Shown: piece after piece, positions 49,651-62,827 of the stretch
How the letters are laid out: each line of letters begins with the position of its first letter
Numbering within the stretch: position 1 is the first letter of the stretch
Source of the DNA: Squalus acanthias
Lineage: Eukaryota
Assembly: GCA_030390025.1 (NCBI GenBank)
Contig: CM059432.1
Location: 120,902,001 to 120,966,000 of the forward strand
Length of the DNA: 64,000 bases
Direction of reading: 5' to 3'
Translations under genes and position numbers: made by a program
Notes under the pieces: generated by a model
The model's input: only the letters and a program-made list of their open reading frames with translations
What the model was told of the DNA's origin: nothing
Databases searched by the model: none

Positions 49651-51413
49651 TAGTTTTAGTTCCGCTATAACTTTGGCAAAAGATCAGCAGAAACCCCGTT
49701 GAAACGGTGCAAACTTTGTTACAGCAAGAGATCAGGAATCCCTCAGGAATTTCAAATATCATTTTTGATATTTCCAATAGCATAAGCCTGGAAATTACTA
49801 TGAGCCATGTTAAAGTAAATGGATTAATGTTTCTGTCAAAATAAAGGGACGAACTTGATATGAGCATATTAAATGTTCATACAACATTGGCAAGGATTTT
49901 GCGGTGGTAATGCCGACGAAACTGTCAGTGTTCGTCGACATTAAGAACGTAAGAAATAGAAGCAGGAGTAGGCCATTTGGCCCTTCGAGCCTGCGCCGCC
50001 ATTCAATAAGATCATGGCTGATCTTCTACCTCATCTCCACTTTACTGCACTATCCCCATCTCCCTTGATTCCCTTAATATTCAAAAATCTATCGATCTCT
50101 ATCTTGAATATACTCAATGTTTGATCCTCCACAGCCGTCTGGGATAGAGAATTCCAAAGATTCACCACCCTCTGAGTAAAGAAATTTCTCCTCATCTCAG
50201 TCCTAAATGGCCGACCCTTTATTCTGAGACTGTGACCCTTGGTTCTAGACTCCCCAGCCAGGGGAAACATCCTCCCTGCATCTACCCTGTCAAGCCCTGT
50301 AAGAATTGTGTATGTTTCAATGAGATCACCTCTTATTCTTCTAAACTCCAGAGAATATAGACCTAGTCAACTCAATGTCTCCTCATAGGACAATCTCCCC
50401 ATCCCAGGAACCAGTCTGGTGAACCTTTGTTGCACTCCCTCTATGGCAAGTATATCCTTCCTTAGGTAAGGAGACCAAAACTGTACACAATACTCCAGGT
50501 GTGGTCTCACCAGGGCCCTATATAATTGCAGTAAGATGTCTTTACTCTTATACTCAAATCCTCTTGTAATAAAGGTCAACATACCATTTGCTTTCCTAAT
50601 TGCTTGCTGTACCTGCATGATAACTTTCAGTGATTTGTGTACAAGGACACCCAGGTCCCTCTGAACACCAACATTTCCCAATCTCTCACCATTTAAAAAA
50701 TACTCTGCTTTTCTATTTTTCCTGCCAAAGTGGATAACTTCACATTTCTCCACATTATATTCCATTTACCATGTTCTTGCCCACTCACTTAGCCTGACTA
50801 TATCCCCTTGAAGCCCCCTTGCATTCTTCTCACAACTTACATTCCCACCCAGCTTTGTATCATCAGCAAACTTAGATATATTACATTTGGTCCCCTCATC
50901 CAAATCATTGAAGTAGATTGTGAATAGCTGAGGCCCAAGCACTGATCCTTGTGGTACCCCACTAGTTACAGTCTGCCAACCCAAAAATGACCCGTTTATT
51001 CCTACTCTGTCCATTAACCAATCCTCAATCCATATATTACCCCCAATCCCATGAGCTCTAATTTTGTTTAATAACCTCTTGTGTGGCACCTTATTGAATG
51101 CCTTCTGAAAATCCAAATACACCACATCCACTGGTTTCCCCTTATCTATTCTGCTAGTTACAACCTCAAAAAATTCTAACAGATTTGTCAAACATGATTT
51201 CCCTTTCATAAATCCGTGTTGACTCTGCCCAATCCTATTATTATTTTCTAAGTGCCCTGTTACCATGTCGTTATAATAGATTCTAGCATTTTCCCTACTA
51301 CTGATGTCAGGCTAACTGGTCTGTTTTTCCCCATTTTCTCTCTCCCTCCTTTCTTAAATAGTGGGATTACATTTGCCACCTTCCAATCTGTGGGAACCGT
51401 TCTAGAATCTATG

Positions 51414-52274
51414 GGGGGAAAAATTCAGTTGGTTTGCACCTCCCGTTAGCGCCTTAAGAGGGCGCTAATGGGGTGCAAAGCAACTAGCTCCTGTGTGCGG
51501 CGATGTTTGCGCCGCTCACAAAATTAACTGGACATTTTGCGGCGGCGCTAAACACTACCACCACGATCTCCTGCGCCGGCAGATCGTGACATCAGTCGAG
51601 TGCGCAACGTCCCGGTAGCGCCCCAGTGGAGTGAAGCCCCCTGCCTTACCGCCTGCCGCTAGCAACGACAGGTTGAGGGGAGCATTTTGCAGTCAGGAAG
51701 GGACTGGGGGAGCGCTATTTAAAGGCGACCGCTTCCTGCCTTTTTTTGTTGGTGACATTTTTGCACCACGCATTCTGAGAGAGAGAGAGACTTCTGGAGA
51801 GATTCAACGCTCTGTGAAGGAGTTTTGGGTACTGAGCAGCACTTTGCAGGTTCATTTTGATTTGCCCTTCCTTGTATCGATTTAGAAGAAACTGTGGGGG
51901 CTGCACTCTGAGCTCTTTCTCTGGGATTCTCCATTGTTCTTTCCAGCAGATTTGATGTACAGGTCTCTCCAGGCCGAGATTCAAAGCTGCAATGAGCAGG
52001 ATGTGGATGGAGAGCAAGATCAACCCTTCCCTTTAAGAACTGGCCAGCGCCATTGTGTGTGTGTTCAATTGCTGACTGACATCACATGAGCTTCGCCAGC
52101 ACTCTGAGGTAACGCCTCGCTCCTCGGCCTTTGCGCCTGATTTAGCGCTCCAATCACCTCCAGGGGTGATAAAAGCCAAGTTTGCAGTCGGAGGCGATAA
52201 TTAGCACCAGGCGCTAATCTTTCTGCCCGGCCGATAATTGCGCCCCAAATGGGACGATACTGAATTTCTCCCCC
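51414..52274. mobile_element. Harbinger-like MITE
   Basis: TIRs GGGGGAAAAATTCAG / CTGAATTTCTCCCCC, ATG 3-bp TSD, inside CR1. Confidence 0.88.
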
Positions 52275-52512
52275 ATGGAATTTTGGAAAATGACAACCAA
52301 TGCATCTACTATCTCTATAGACACCTCTTTCAAAACCCTAGGATGTAGGCCATCAGGTCCAGGGGATTTATCGGCTTTCGGTCCCATTAATTTCTCCAGT
52401 ACTATTTTTTTACTAATACTAATTTTTTTAATTCCTCATTCTCGCTGGACCCTTGGTTCTCCACTATTTCCGGGAAGTTTTTTGATTCTTCTTCCGTGAA
52501 GACTGCCATAAA

Positions 52513-54544
52513 GGGCTCGATTTTAATAACGGAGGCAGGTTGTGGGCGGGCCCGCTGCTCGGCAGCTTTCAGACCCGCACCTGGCTGCTGCCTCCCAGCA
52601 CTTCCGATGTTGGCTTCATTGGCCTCGTTACAGCCGACGTACGGGTCCCTCCAGGCAATTGCTTGCAGGATGTCAGTTTCTCGCATCTGATGACGCGTTG
52701 TTTGTTTGAAAATTTAAAGGGGCCATGTCCCCTTTGCCTCCAAATGTCATTGGGATGGCTTGGTGCTTTATTATCTAGAAAGGGGAGTTGACAGCGTCTG
52801 TTCTGAACAAAATTTAATGAATGATATTGCTGGTCATATTATTCCAGAAAGAGATTCAGGATTTTTTGATATATGACTTTATTGGCCCAAAAATTCGGCC
52901 CTTCCCGGGTGAGTACACAGTGCGTACTCACCCGTATTGCTTCCCGAAGTGCCGGTTTCCTGCATGCACTGTGTATGCGTGGGAAACCGGAACTTCCGGT
53001 ATGGTGAAGGGGGCGGTTCCTAGGTGAACCGCGTGCGCGGTAGAGGCTACGCACACGCAGCAAACTTAGATTTTTTTTCAGGTTTCTACGCGAGGGTAAG
53101 TATGGAAGATACTACGCTAATGAAAAGGAAGCGCAAGACCTGTTTTGAACAAGGTAAGTGGTTAATTAAGTATAATTTTAATTTTTTTTCAACAGGTTTA
53201 TCTTTTTTAGATACTTTAAAGAAAGCTAAGTTTATTTTTATAACTTTTAAAAAGTATTTAAATTTTTTCAAAAATTAAAATTTTTGTTTAAAGTGGTTAA
53301 TTTATTTAACTATAGTTATTTTATAAATGTGATGGTTTTTTAAAAATTTATTTTAAGTTTAGCTATTTTTTTGGGGCCGATTTCAATTCACAGATTTGAC
53401 AGGTCTCCTGTCAAATCTATGAATGAAAGATGGTCTGCTACCATTGGCTCTCCATGGCCCACGTGATCCCAGGGGATGCATCGCACTAACTGCGCCCCAT
53501 GGAACACGCAAACACTGCGCGCCGGCAGTTGGGAGAGGCCCAGGACCCGACGTTCCCGTGGGCCCAAAACACAATGGCAGGCGCGGTAGGTAAGAGCGTG
53601 CGCGATCCTTACCCCCGCGGCAAGCCGGAGAGGCGAATTTCTGGGCCATGATCTGACTATGAAATGAAAAAGATGCCAGATGTGTTCCAATCATTTGCTT
53701 AGTAATATTAATGCTTTTTTCTCTTAAAGGTGCTAGGAACTGCAGGAATGGCAGCCCCAAAAACTAAGGCTGCAGTAGGTTCAATGTGGGCTCCCTCCAT
53801 GCCTGCTGCTGGATTGGCCACATCTGGCCCCACAAGGCATCACTCCCCGTCTTCCTACTCATCCTCCTCCTCGTCCTCTTCCTCATCCTCTTCATCTTCC
53901 TCCAAGGAGGCTGTGTGATGAGCCACTTGTTCATCCGGCAGCACTAAGCCGCGCTGCTCTTCCTCCGAATCTGACGACCAGGATAAGAGGATGTAAATCG
54001 TTCCCATCCCGTTGTTATAGATTTCAGTTGAGGCAAGAAGCTTGCAAGCGCACATTCAATGTGGTCTGAAATTATTCCAATCAGTTCAAACAGCAGATGT
54101 GTGTCAGCTTGACCAGTCACAAGGTCCACAGATTTGCAAAATCTTATCCCAAACCTCCAACAACAAGGTTGTTGCATTTGAATGCCAGCCATGTTACAGG
54201 AGCGTTTTTACAGTTCTGCACCAATAATGACTACAGATCATGTCCTCGAAAAACTCATCTCCTTGCAGCTGGACTGTTTCTGACAAGACGGGAAACAGGA
54301 GCCAGAGGCAACAAAATGGGAAACCTCTATCAAAATAGGATTTGCAAGGCAGTTAGCAGGCTCTTAACTGCCTTAACTACCTGCCCCACTGGTTGGTGTC
54401 AGTTTGGGAGCGTCTGACCGGACACTCATGAAAATTGCGTGGGGGCGGGATGGAGGTGGGTTAGGTGTCTGAAGCCATTTTTTCCAATTTTCGCAGCTGA
54501 CCCGCCTCCAAATCCGCCTCCTTGGGGCTATTAAAATCGAGCCC
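52513..54544. mobile_element. Non-autonomous Harbinger derivative
   Basis: TIRs GGGCTCGATTTTAATA / TATTAAAATCGAGCCC, AAA TSD; transposase remnant (LPDEQVAHHTASLEEDEEDEEE) on the minus strand. Confidence 0.88.
52884..53647. mobile_element. MITE family A copy nested in the Harbinger derivative
   Basis: Inverted near-copy of 10291-11056. Confidence 0.88.
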
Positions 54545-56744
54545 AAAGTATTCGTTTAATTTCTCTGCCGTTTCCTTATTCCCCCTTATAATTTCTCCTG
54601 TCTCAGCCTGTAAGGGACCCACATCTTTTCCTTTTTTACATACCTATAGAAGCCTATCTGTTTTTATGCCTCTCGTTAGTTTAGTCTCATATTCTATTTT
54701 CCCTTTCTTTATCAATTTCTTGGTCCTCCTTTGCTGAATTCGAAAATCTTCCCAATCCTCAGGCTTACTACTCTTTTTGGCAACATTATAATCCTCTTCC
54801 TTTGATCTAATACTATCTTTAACTTCTCTTGTTATCCACGGTTGGACCACTTTTCTTCTGGGGTTTTTGTGCCTTAAAGGAATGTATATCTGTTGTAAAT
54901 TATGTATTAATTCTTTAAATGCTAGCCATTGCTTGTCTACCATCATACCTTTTAATGTAGTTTCCCAATCTACCTTAGCCAACTCACCCCTCATACCTAC
55001 GCAGTTTGCTTTGTTTAGATTTAAGACCCTAGTTTCGGATTTAACTAAGTCACTTTCAAACTCAATATAAAATTATATCATATTATGGTCACTCTTCCCT
55101 AAAGGCCTCTTTACTACAAGGTTATTAATTAACCCTTTCTCGTTGCACAATACTAGATCTAAAATAGCCTGGTTCCTCAACATACTGATCTAGAAAACGA
55201 TCTTGCATACATTCCATGAATTCGTTCTCCACACTATTACTGCAAATTTGGTTTGCCTGGTCAATATGTAGATTAAAGTCCCCCATGATTACTGTATTAC
55301 CCTTGTTACATGTGCCTCTAATTTCCTGATATATACTCTGCCCTACAACTACTGTTTGGGGGCATATAAACAACACCCACCAATGTTTTCTGCCCCTTGC
55401 TGTTTCTGAGCTCCACCCAAATTGATTCTACTTCTTGATTTTTGGAGCTAAGATCCTTTCTCTCTACTGTCTTTATCCCATCCTTTATTATCAGGGCTAC
55501 CCTTCCTCCTTTTCCATTTTGCCTATCTCTTCTAAAAGTTAAGTATCCTCTTCTGAAAGTTAAGTCATTACCCCTCTGAAACTGACAGCAACTTCAGGAT
55601 TTAGCGCGTGCGCAGATCAACGTGGAAATCCTGAAATTGCAGTCAATCATTCACTTCTCCGCCACAGATTGTGCTGTGGAACTGCTCAGGGCCGGCAATC
55701 AATATTGGAACTACATATAAGGATGACAACTTCCTCTATTGTGCTGGAATATTACTGTTAACCCCCCACCCCATAAAAGTTAAGCCTTGTTGAAAGAGGT
55801 GTAACTGGGTTTTTAACGGCATATTGACTAATGAGCAACCGTTCTGGCCCTGAAATTGTTTTATATTTGTGGAATTTCAAATGTTTCTATTAATATGATT
55901 AAGGATTGCTTCGTTTTTAAAATATAATTTTTTTGAAGTTTGTTTATGGTATTTCAGCTTTTATGTTATCCTATGAATATGTCCCAATCTTTATTTTGCT
56001 CTCTGTAAAATTTATAAAATGTAACTTAGAATCTGTGCATTTTACTTCCTGGTTTGCTGTCTGTGAGAATTCTTCAATGGGATTGGCTACTCAGCCTGCT
56101 TGATGACATCACTGCTTCTGAATGCTGGAGATTCACTTGATTTGGCACCAGATTAAAACTAAGGTCGGGAAATTCACACCACAGAGATCGCATAAAGCTC
56201 ATTTAGTCAAGTTGCTGCGCCACACAAGTTGTACACAAAGTGCAAAATATTCAGTCGCTAGAATGCTTGAGTCAATGCTATATGTGATGACGTGTACATT
56301 CACTCCTGATTTTATAGAGCACCAGGACAATGGGGAGAGGATGGTGGCAACCATCTGGGCTCCAAATAAGTGGTCACAGCTATCTCTGTTTAATTAAATA
56401 GGCAAGGGGGTTATATAAACCAGATAATTCAGGCTTTGGCTATACTGCCAGGATGGAAACACAAAAGGCTGGATTTTGATACTGGGGCGGGCTGCGGTCG
56501 TGTAATCCGCATTTTGTGTTAGCCACCCGTTTCTAAATCGATGTGGGAGAATGATGCCATTTTAACCTAATTGGCCAATTGAGTTCCAACGTGTGGGAAC
56601 CCATGACCAGTGAGTTTTTCCTGTCTGAAAGTCGCCTCCGATGATGTCATCATTGCTGCTGCATTTAAGGTCTGCAACAAGCCTTGCTTCTTGTGCAGAC
56701 TGCCAAGCTTTTGCCCTTGCATTTTAGAGGCACCTGCAGGAAGA

Positions 56745-58700
56745 ATGGCCAGCCAGAGTCCTAGGTCTGCACCCCGCTTTGATGATGTTGCCCTGCAGGC
56801 TTTAGTAGAGGGAGCAAGAGCAAACAAAGAGGTGCTCTTCCCTTCTTCAGGGAGGAAGAAGCCTCCCCAGCAAACCAAGAATGTGTGGATCCAGGTGGCA
56901 GAGGAGGTCAACTCTTTGTCAATAACCCGCAGAACCTGGCTTCAGTGCAGGAAGAGGCTTCATGACCTTCTGCGCACTGGAAAAGTGAGTATGAATTTCC
57001 CTTCACCCTCAATCCTTCACCCATTGCCTCTCTTCACCATCACTCAGCTTTAGCAATCTCTTCCTCCACATCCCACTTGACACTGACATCCATGCACCCT
57101 TACCCATTCCCTCTCTCTCTATGGTCACATTCACCAAACTATTTGACTATGCAGCCCTCACACTCCCTATCACTGTGATGCAATTACAACTTACAACACA
57201 CAGGGAGGGCCCTTGGTCTTGCCACCTCACTCCATCTTTGTCTCCTTCTAAGCATCTATGCTATGGATTCTCTACACTCACTCCTTCATTCTCACTCAAA
57301 CTCCACTTGTCTCACTCATTGCAGGAAAAGAGAGCTCACAATAAGAGAGAAAGAGCGAGGACAGGAGGAAGGCCACCCTCAGAAGCCCAGCTCACCACCT
57401 GGGAGGAGGCAGTCCTGGAGATGGTGGGAGTGGAGGAAGATTCCCAAGTGGGGGACGGACAGACGGGCGCATCACAGCAAGCTGGTGACAGAATAGTTTT
57501 CCATCTCTCTCAATGACATTGCATGAGTCGCTGATAATGATTCTGAAGCTCTAACAGATGGACTTATGAACATCTGCAATATGTAATGTGCATGTAACCT
57601 TGGCCTCACATCTCTGACTCTTTCCTTTACTCCCCCACAGGACCATCGCAAGCACCCGTCCCCATATCGAGGAGGAAGAGCATGAGCCTCAAGACTCCTC
57701 AGAGGAAGCTGCAACCTCTGAGGGCGCAGCGTCAGCAGGAATCAGCGCACCCAGCACCAGCGCAGACACTCACACCTCGGTGAGAACATCGCGAGATAGA
57801 GTAGTGTTGTCACCTGGTGTATCACAGCTCACAAGTGAGCATCAGCAGATAGTGGAGACAGGGACAGCAGTGGAGAGTCCTAGTCGGAGGGCGCAGGACT
57901 CTCCCAGCTCGGCTCAGCTGCATGTCGACCCTTTGCCTCTGGGTCCATCCATAAGATCAGCGGTGCTGGAACTCCAGGAACAGATGCAGGAGTCTCTGGC
58001 AGGTTTTGTTTCAGGGTCGCTGCGAGTGTGGAGCGAACGGAGGAGTCCATTGCGAACATGAGCAGAGCCTTTGTGGAGTCATTGGCGCATGAACGAATCA
58101 CCACGGAAAGGATGGCAACCTCCGTGGAAGGATGGCTACAGTAGAGGAGAGGATGGCTACGGCCATGGAGGAGCTAAGTCGCCAGAGTGTAGAATACATG
58201 GTCATTGTTCAGAATAGACTGGCATCTCTTGAGGAGCGATGGTCAGCTACTGAGCATAGAAACCAGACCTTCATGGATGTCCTCTGGAGTAGGACTTCCA
58301 GTGCATAAACGGGTCCTCATGTCCCCCCTGAAGTGAAGCAAGGTGCTGTCAAGCCACTTGCTAGCTCTGAAGTGGGGCTGACCCATGAGAGGGATGTTGG
58401 TGGCAGACAACAAGTGGGGGCTCCTCTCCAAGTGCTCAAACAACCATGTCACTGCAAAGCCCTCGGTCAGAGCCCCACCAGTGTCCTCACCCAACTGAGA
58501 TGGGCGTCTCATCCCCTGCACAGCCGCAGGAGCAGCAGACTGTTGGTGAGCCCTCACAGGTTCGCATCCCCAGAGGACGCCCGCCAAAGGTGTCGAGACA
58601 GGAGCAGCAAGAAAGTGAGCAAGGGGCCTCTACATCTGCTGAAGCCACAGGGGAAGCACCACGTAGGAGCACGTGTAAGAGAAAGATAGTGCACAAATAG
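56745..58700 (+). pseudogene. Harbinger Myb/SANT-like DNA-binding gene (exons ~56745-56984, 57325-57484, 57641-58700; frameshifts in exon 3)
   Basis: APRFDDVALQALVEG...RRTWLQCRKRLHDL; AAA|gtgagt donor, ttgcag and ccacag acceptors; EKRAHNKRERARTGG exon. Confidence 0.8.
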
Positions 58701-58957
58701 TCACAAGGGTAGTCACTTGGGTGAATTTTGATGTTTTATGTTAAAAAGCCATCAGATGATTACTGTAAATAAAAAATCTGATGGCTACTGCTGTAGTTGT
58801 GGCGTGTGTCATTTCGTGAATGGAACTTCCACATTGAGGGCTTAGGATTACTTGCAATTGTCAGTATCGTGTTCAAATTGTTAGAAATCCATTGCTTCTT
58901 GGCCATTGTCGATGCTCAGGTAAGAAGCTGCGAGGCAAAAGTGCTTGATTGGCTAGG

Positions 58958-60896
58958 CTAAGCAAATCTGGCCAAGATGAGTGCGTTACTTGCATCCCGG
59001 GCAGCAATGTTCTCGCGTACTGCTGCCACTGGTTGATGGGCCTCTGCAAGATGTTCATTTTCGCTCTCCTCCTCCTCCTCCTCCTCATCTAAGGAGGATA
59101 TGTGACGAGCCATTTGGTCCTCAGGAATCTGCAAGCCACGGCGCTGTCCCATGTTGTGAAGTGCACAGCAAACCACGACCATTCTGGAGACCCTGGCTGC
59201 TGAGTACTGCAGGGCTCCACCTGATCTATCCAGGCATCTGAAGCGCATTTTCAGCAAACCGACGGTTTGCTCAATTATGGCTCTGGTGGACATGTGGCTG
59301 GAGTTGTAGCTCTCCTCAGCTTCGTTGGATGGGCTCCTCAACGGCGTCATTAGCCACGTCGTCAAGGGATAGCCCTTGTCTCCAAGTAGCCATCCGTTAA
59401 GTTGGTCTGACGGACTGAATAGCGGAAGCACACTAGACTGGCGCAGTATGAAGGAGTCATGGCAACTGCCAGGGTACTTGGCACAAACATGCAAAATGTC
59501 CTTCTTGTGGTCACACACCAACTGAACGTTGAGGGAGTGGAAGCCCTTGCGGTTGACAAAAATACCTGGATTGCGATGGGGTGCCTTAAGGGCCACATGT
59601 GTGCAGTCAACGATGCCCTGCACCCTTGGAAAGCCTGCCAGATTAGCTAATCCAACCGCACGCGCCGTGAAACTTGCTTGATCCTTGGTGAAATGGATGT
59701 GAGTGGGCGCGATGTCAAAGAGGGCATTGGTTACCTGCGTGATGCAAGTGTGTGCGGCCGCCTGGGAGATGCCACTGATGTCTGCTGCTGATCCCTGGAA
59801 TGAACCTGAGGCAAAAAAGTTGAGTGCAGTGGTGACTTTGACGGCCACTGGTAAGGGTTGTCCACCTGGTCCTCTGGGCTCCAGGTCTTGTTGCAACATT
59901 ACGCAGATGTCACCCACTACGTCTCGCGAAAGTCAGAGCCGCCTTTTGCACTGCTGCTCAGTCATGTTGAGGTAGTTGACCCTGTGGGCTGGATTTTGAT
60001 ACTGGGGCGGGTTGGGGTCGTGTTATCCGCATTTTGTGTTATCCACCCGACTGCAATTGGATGTGGGAGATTGATGCAATTTTCACCTAATTGGGCAATT
60101 GAGTTCCAGCATGTGGGAACACATGAACTAATTAGTGTTTTCAGTCTGAAAGTCGCCTCTGATGATGTCATCATTGATGCTGCATTGAAGGTCAGAGACT
60201 GCCTGGCCTTTGCTGTGAGAGGACCTGGATGCAAAATGAGCAGCAGCTCTAAGGGGAGAGAGCGAGAGAGAGAGAGAATGATTTTTTTTTCCTCCACCAC
60301 TCCCAGATGCTAGCCAGCCACTCACTGATACTCAGTGCAGTCACTGATATTCAGCTATCCACATGTGCTCCCGCCAGGTTTCACAATCGTGTTTCAGAAC
60401 AGGCGTGCTTCACGTAGAACAAGGGTTAAAATCACAAAGTCCTTTCAAAATGGCATTATAGAGCCAATTTAGTGCTTGTTAAGGGCCTTAACAGCCTATC
60501 CCGTCTCTTAAAGGCGGGACACAGTCAGGACCAGCAGACACGATTTCATCAAAATTGCGTGGAGGCGGGATGGAGGCGGACTTGTGCCTGCCCACCAGTT
60601 TTTGCAATTTTAACCCCCCACATGCCTCCAAACCCGCCTCCACCGGTCAATGAAAATCCAGCCCTGTGTCTGTAGACCCTTTTTGGGGGGTATCTCCTGC
60701 GCCGACAGCCTTCCATGAGCTGGCCCCTTCTGGCCTGTGCAGCTTCAGGTGGGTGAGCAGCAGCTTGGCACTCCTGTTGTTGCTGCTGCTGTTGTTGCTG
60801 CTGCTGTTGGTGCTGCTGTTCATGGTTCTGCTGGTGCCGCGGCTGGTCTTTGACCTCATCTGATGTCCAGAAGGGAAGGAAATAAATGGCTCCCAT
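58958..60896 (-). pseudogene. Harbinger (HARBI1-like) DDE transposase, disrupted by a MITE insertion and an in-frame TGA
   Basis: [54 protein letters not shown]; removing 59986-60664 rejoins KRVYRHR|VNYLNMTEQQCKRRL*LSR. Confidence 0.92.
59986..60664. mobile_element. Harbinger MITE of the host's own family inserted in the transposase
   Basis: TIRs GGGCTGGATTTT / AAAATCCAGCCC, TGT TSD; ends homologous to 56466-56670 and 61120-61427. Confidence 0.92.
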
Positions 60897-61661
60897 GCTT
60901 CTGGTATATGCCTCAGTTGAGGAAGCACTCAATGAAGGTGGCGAGAGGGGTTTCCCAGGAGGTCACACCGGAGATGGGTGTCAGGCTCCAAACTTCCACA
61001 GCTGTGGTTATGCCTTCCAAAAGTTCCCCCAGACCTGAGACAGCAAATTCCTGTCACCTGCCAATGATGGCTGATCAAATCTCCTATTTAATGGTTGAGC
61101 TGCAGCTGATAGTCAGCAATCCAATTGTGCGACCGCCAGGTTTCACCGTCATGTTTCAGAACAGGCGTGCTTCACGTGGGAAAAGGGTTAAAATCACAAA
61201 GGCCTATCAAAATGGCATTATAGTGGCAATTTAGTGCTTGTTAAGGGCCTTAACGGCCTATCCCGCCTCTTGGAGGCGGGACGGAGACGGGACCAGTAGA
61301 CACGATTTAATGAAAATTGCGTGGAGGCGGGATGGGGGGCGGGGTTGGGCCCGCCCACCAGTTTTTGCAATTTTAACCACCCACACGCCTCCAATCCCGC
61401 CTCAACGGCCCAATGAAAATCCAGCCCAATATCTCCATTGATCTGTGGCAAGTTTCGAGTAAGCATTGTGGGTTTCAGTGGGTTTCAGTATATAAAGCAA
61501 AGGTATCTCATACAGCCATTGGGGATTGCTATTCTTAAATCTGCTGCCAAGTCCTGGCTCTGGCAGGCCACACCATGAATATGTCCAAACCATGCTAATT
61601 CAGAATTTGATAAAAGTCACGTCAAAATATAGCTGCCCCTGCCACACCGTAGCTAATAACG

Positions 61662-61745
61662 TGGACCTGAAACGTTAACTCTGTTTCTCTCTCCCCACAG
61701 ATGCTGCCTGACTTGTCGAGTATTTTCAGCATTTTCTGTTTTTAT
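61662..61745 (+). mobile_element. Penelope-type terminal repeat fragment
   Basis: gacctgaaacgttaactctgtttctctctccccacagatgctgcctgac...cagcattttctgttttt; inverted relative of ~11260-11330. Confidence 0.5.
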
Positions 61746-62827
61746 AACTAATAACATGGGGTGGATTTTAACTCCCAGTGGGATTCTGGCAGGATAAGGA
61801 CCAAGGACGAATTCCGGCTTGCCATTACTGCATGCCATCAGAATCATATCCAGTTTGGGGCATTAAGGAATTTAGACCCCATAATATTTCGGAGATTATG
61901 CAATCAGAATTGTTTTTAAGTCCTTGTTGAAAATAAGACTTATAACAGAGTGACGTGATAACCTTAGAGAACTTGGCCGATTATAGAAGTTCATGGACTA
62001 TTGCATTCGAAAATAAATTTGTTCCTAACTCACACCTTAGACGCTGCACCATTTAATTTGGAATAAGATTGTGTGCATGAAGTGGAAAGCCATTGTTTAA
62101 TGTTCATGAATTTATATGAATGACATTGAACTAGTTGGTTGACTACTATTTACGTTCATGTTCAGCTCCTGTGGAGCTGTATAAATTATTCATAATGAAT
62201 TCAAATGGGTACTTGCCATAACATGTTCAGCTTGACAATTTTTGAAGGGTTTGTTAGACTGTAAAGGAAAGTACCACGAGAAACACCAAACTACAAGTAG
62301 GAAGAACACGAGTTGACGCAAAGAACCATAGGCTGAGAAAGTCGATGAAGCTACCCCCATTTTACAGACGCAAAACAAGAGCCAAAAAAGTGTTCAGTAT
62401 GGTGGGTGGCGTGCACACACACACTCTGAGCTGGAAGTGTGCCTGAATGCTTGCTTACCTGAATGTGGAGTCGGGAGGTTCAGGAGTGCTTCTGCTGGCT
62501 CAAGATTAAAACCATGGCTCACTGCCAACCACCAGTCAAGCACTCCCCTCTACTCTAATCGCTGCCTTGTTCCCCACCCACCCCACCTTCTGATCACACC
62601 CACCTCTCCTGGTTGCCCTCCACCCCCACCCTGATCACTTTGCCCCCCTTCACTCCAAAGACCTATCTGAGGGCCATTGTCGGTGATATAGAGTCCCGAA
62701 ATTCAAATGGTCTTCGCTAGTGAGCTGCCTGGAGACACTCAACACACATCTGTAGCTCACTGGTCTGATGTAAGTGAGGCCTGAGACCCAATTGGTGTCA
62801 GCTGTGGCTCAGTGGATAGCACTCTCG

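Larger units (their letters stand above)
49943..55560 (-). mobile_element. CR1 LINE ORF2 interrupted by nested DNA transposons
   Basis: RT ORFs 50367-51266, EN fragments 54644-55376; continuity across the insertions at 51414-52274 and 52513-54544. Confidence 0.9.
56466..61427. mobile_element. Full-length PIF/Harbinger transposon (convergent Myb/SANT gene + transposase), inactivated
   Basis: TIRs AGGCTGGATTTT / AAAATCCAGCCC; two convergent genes typical of Harbinger. Confidence 0.92.

Noticed and set aside
58958..59917. Domesticated host HARBI1 gene
   Set aside because: Flanked by TIRs, paired with a Myb gene and disrupted; this is a transposon copy, not the host gene.
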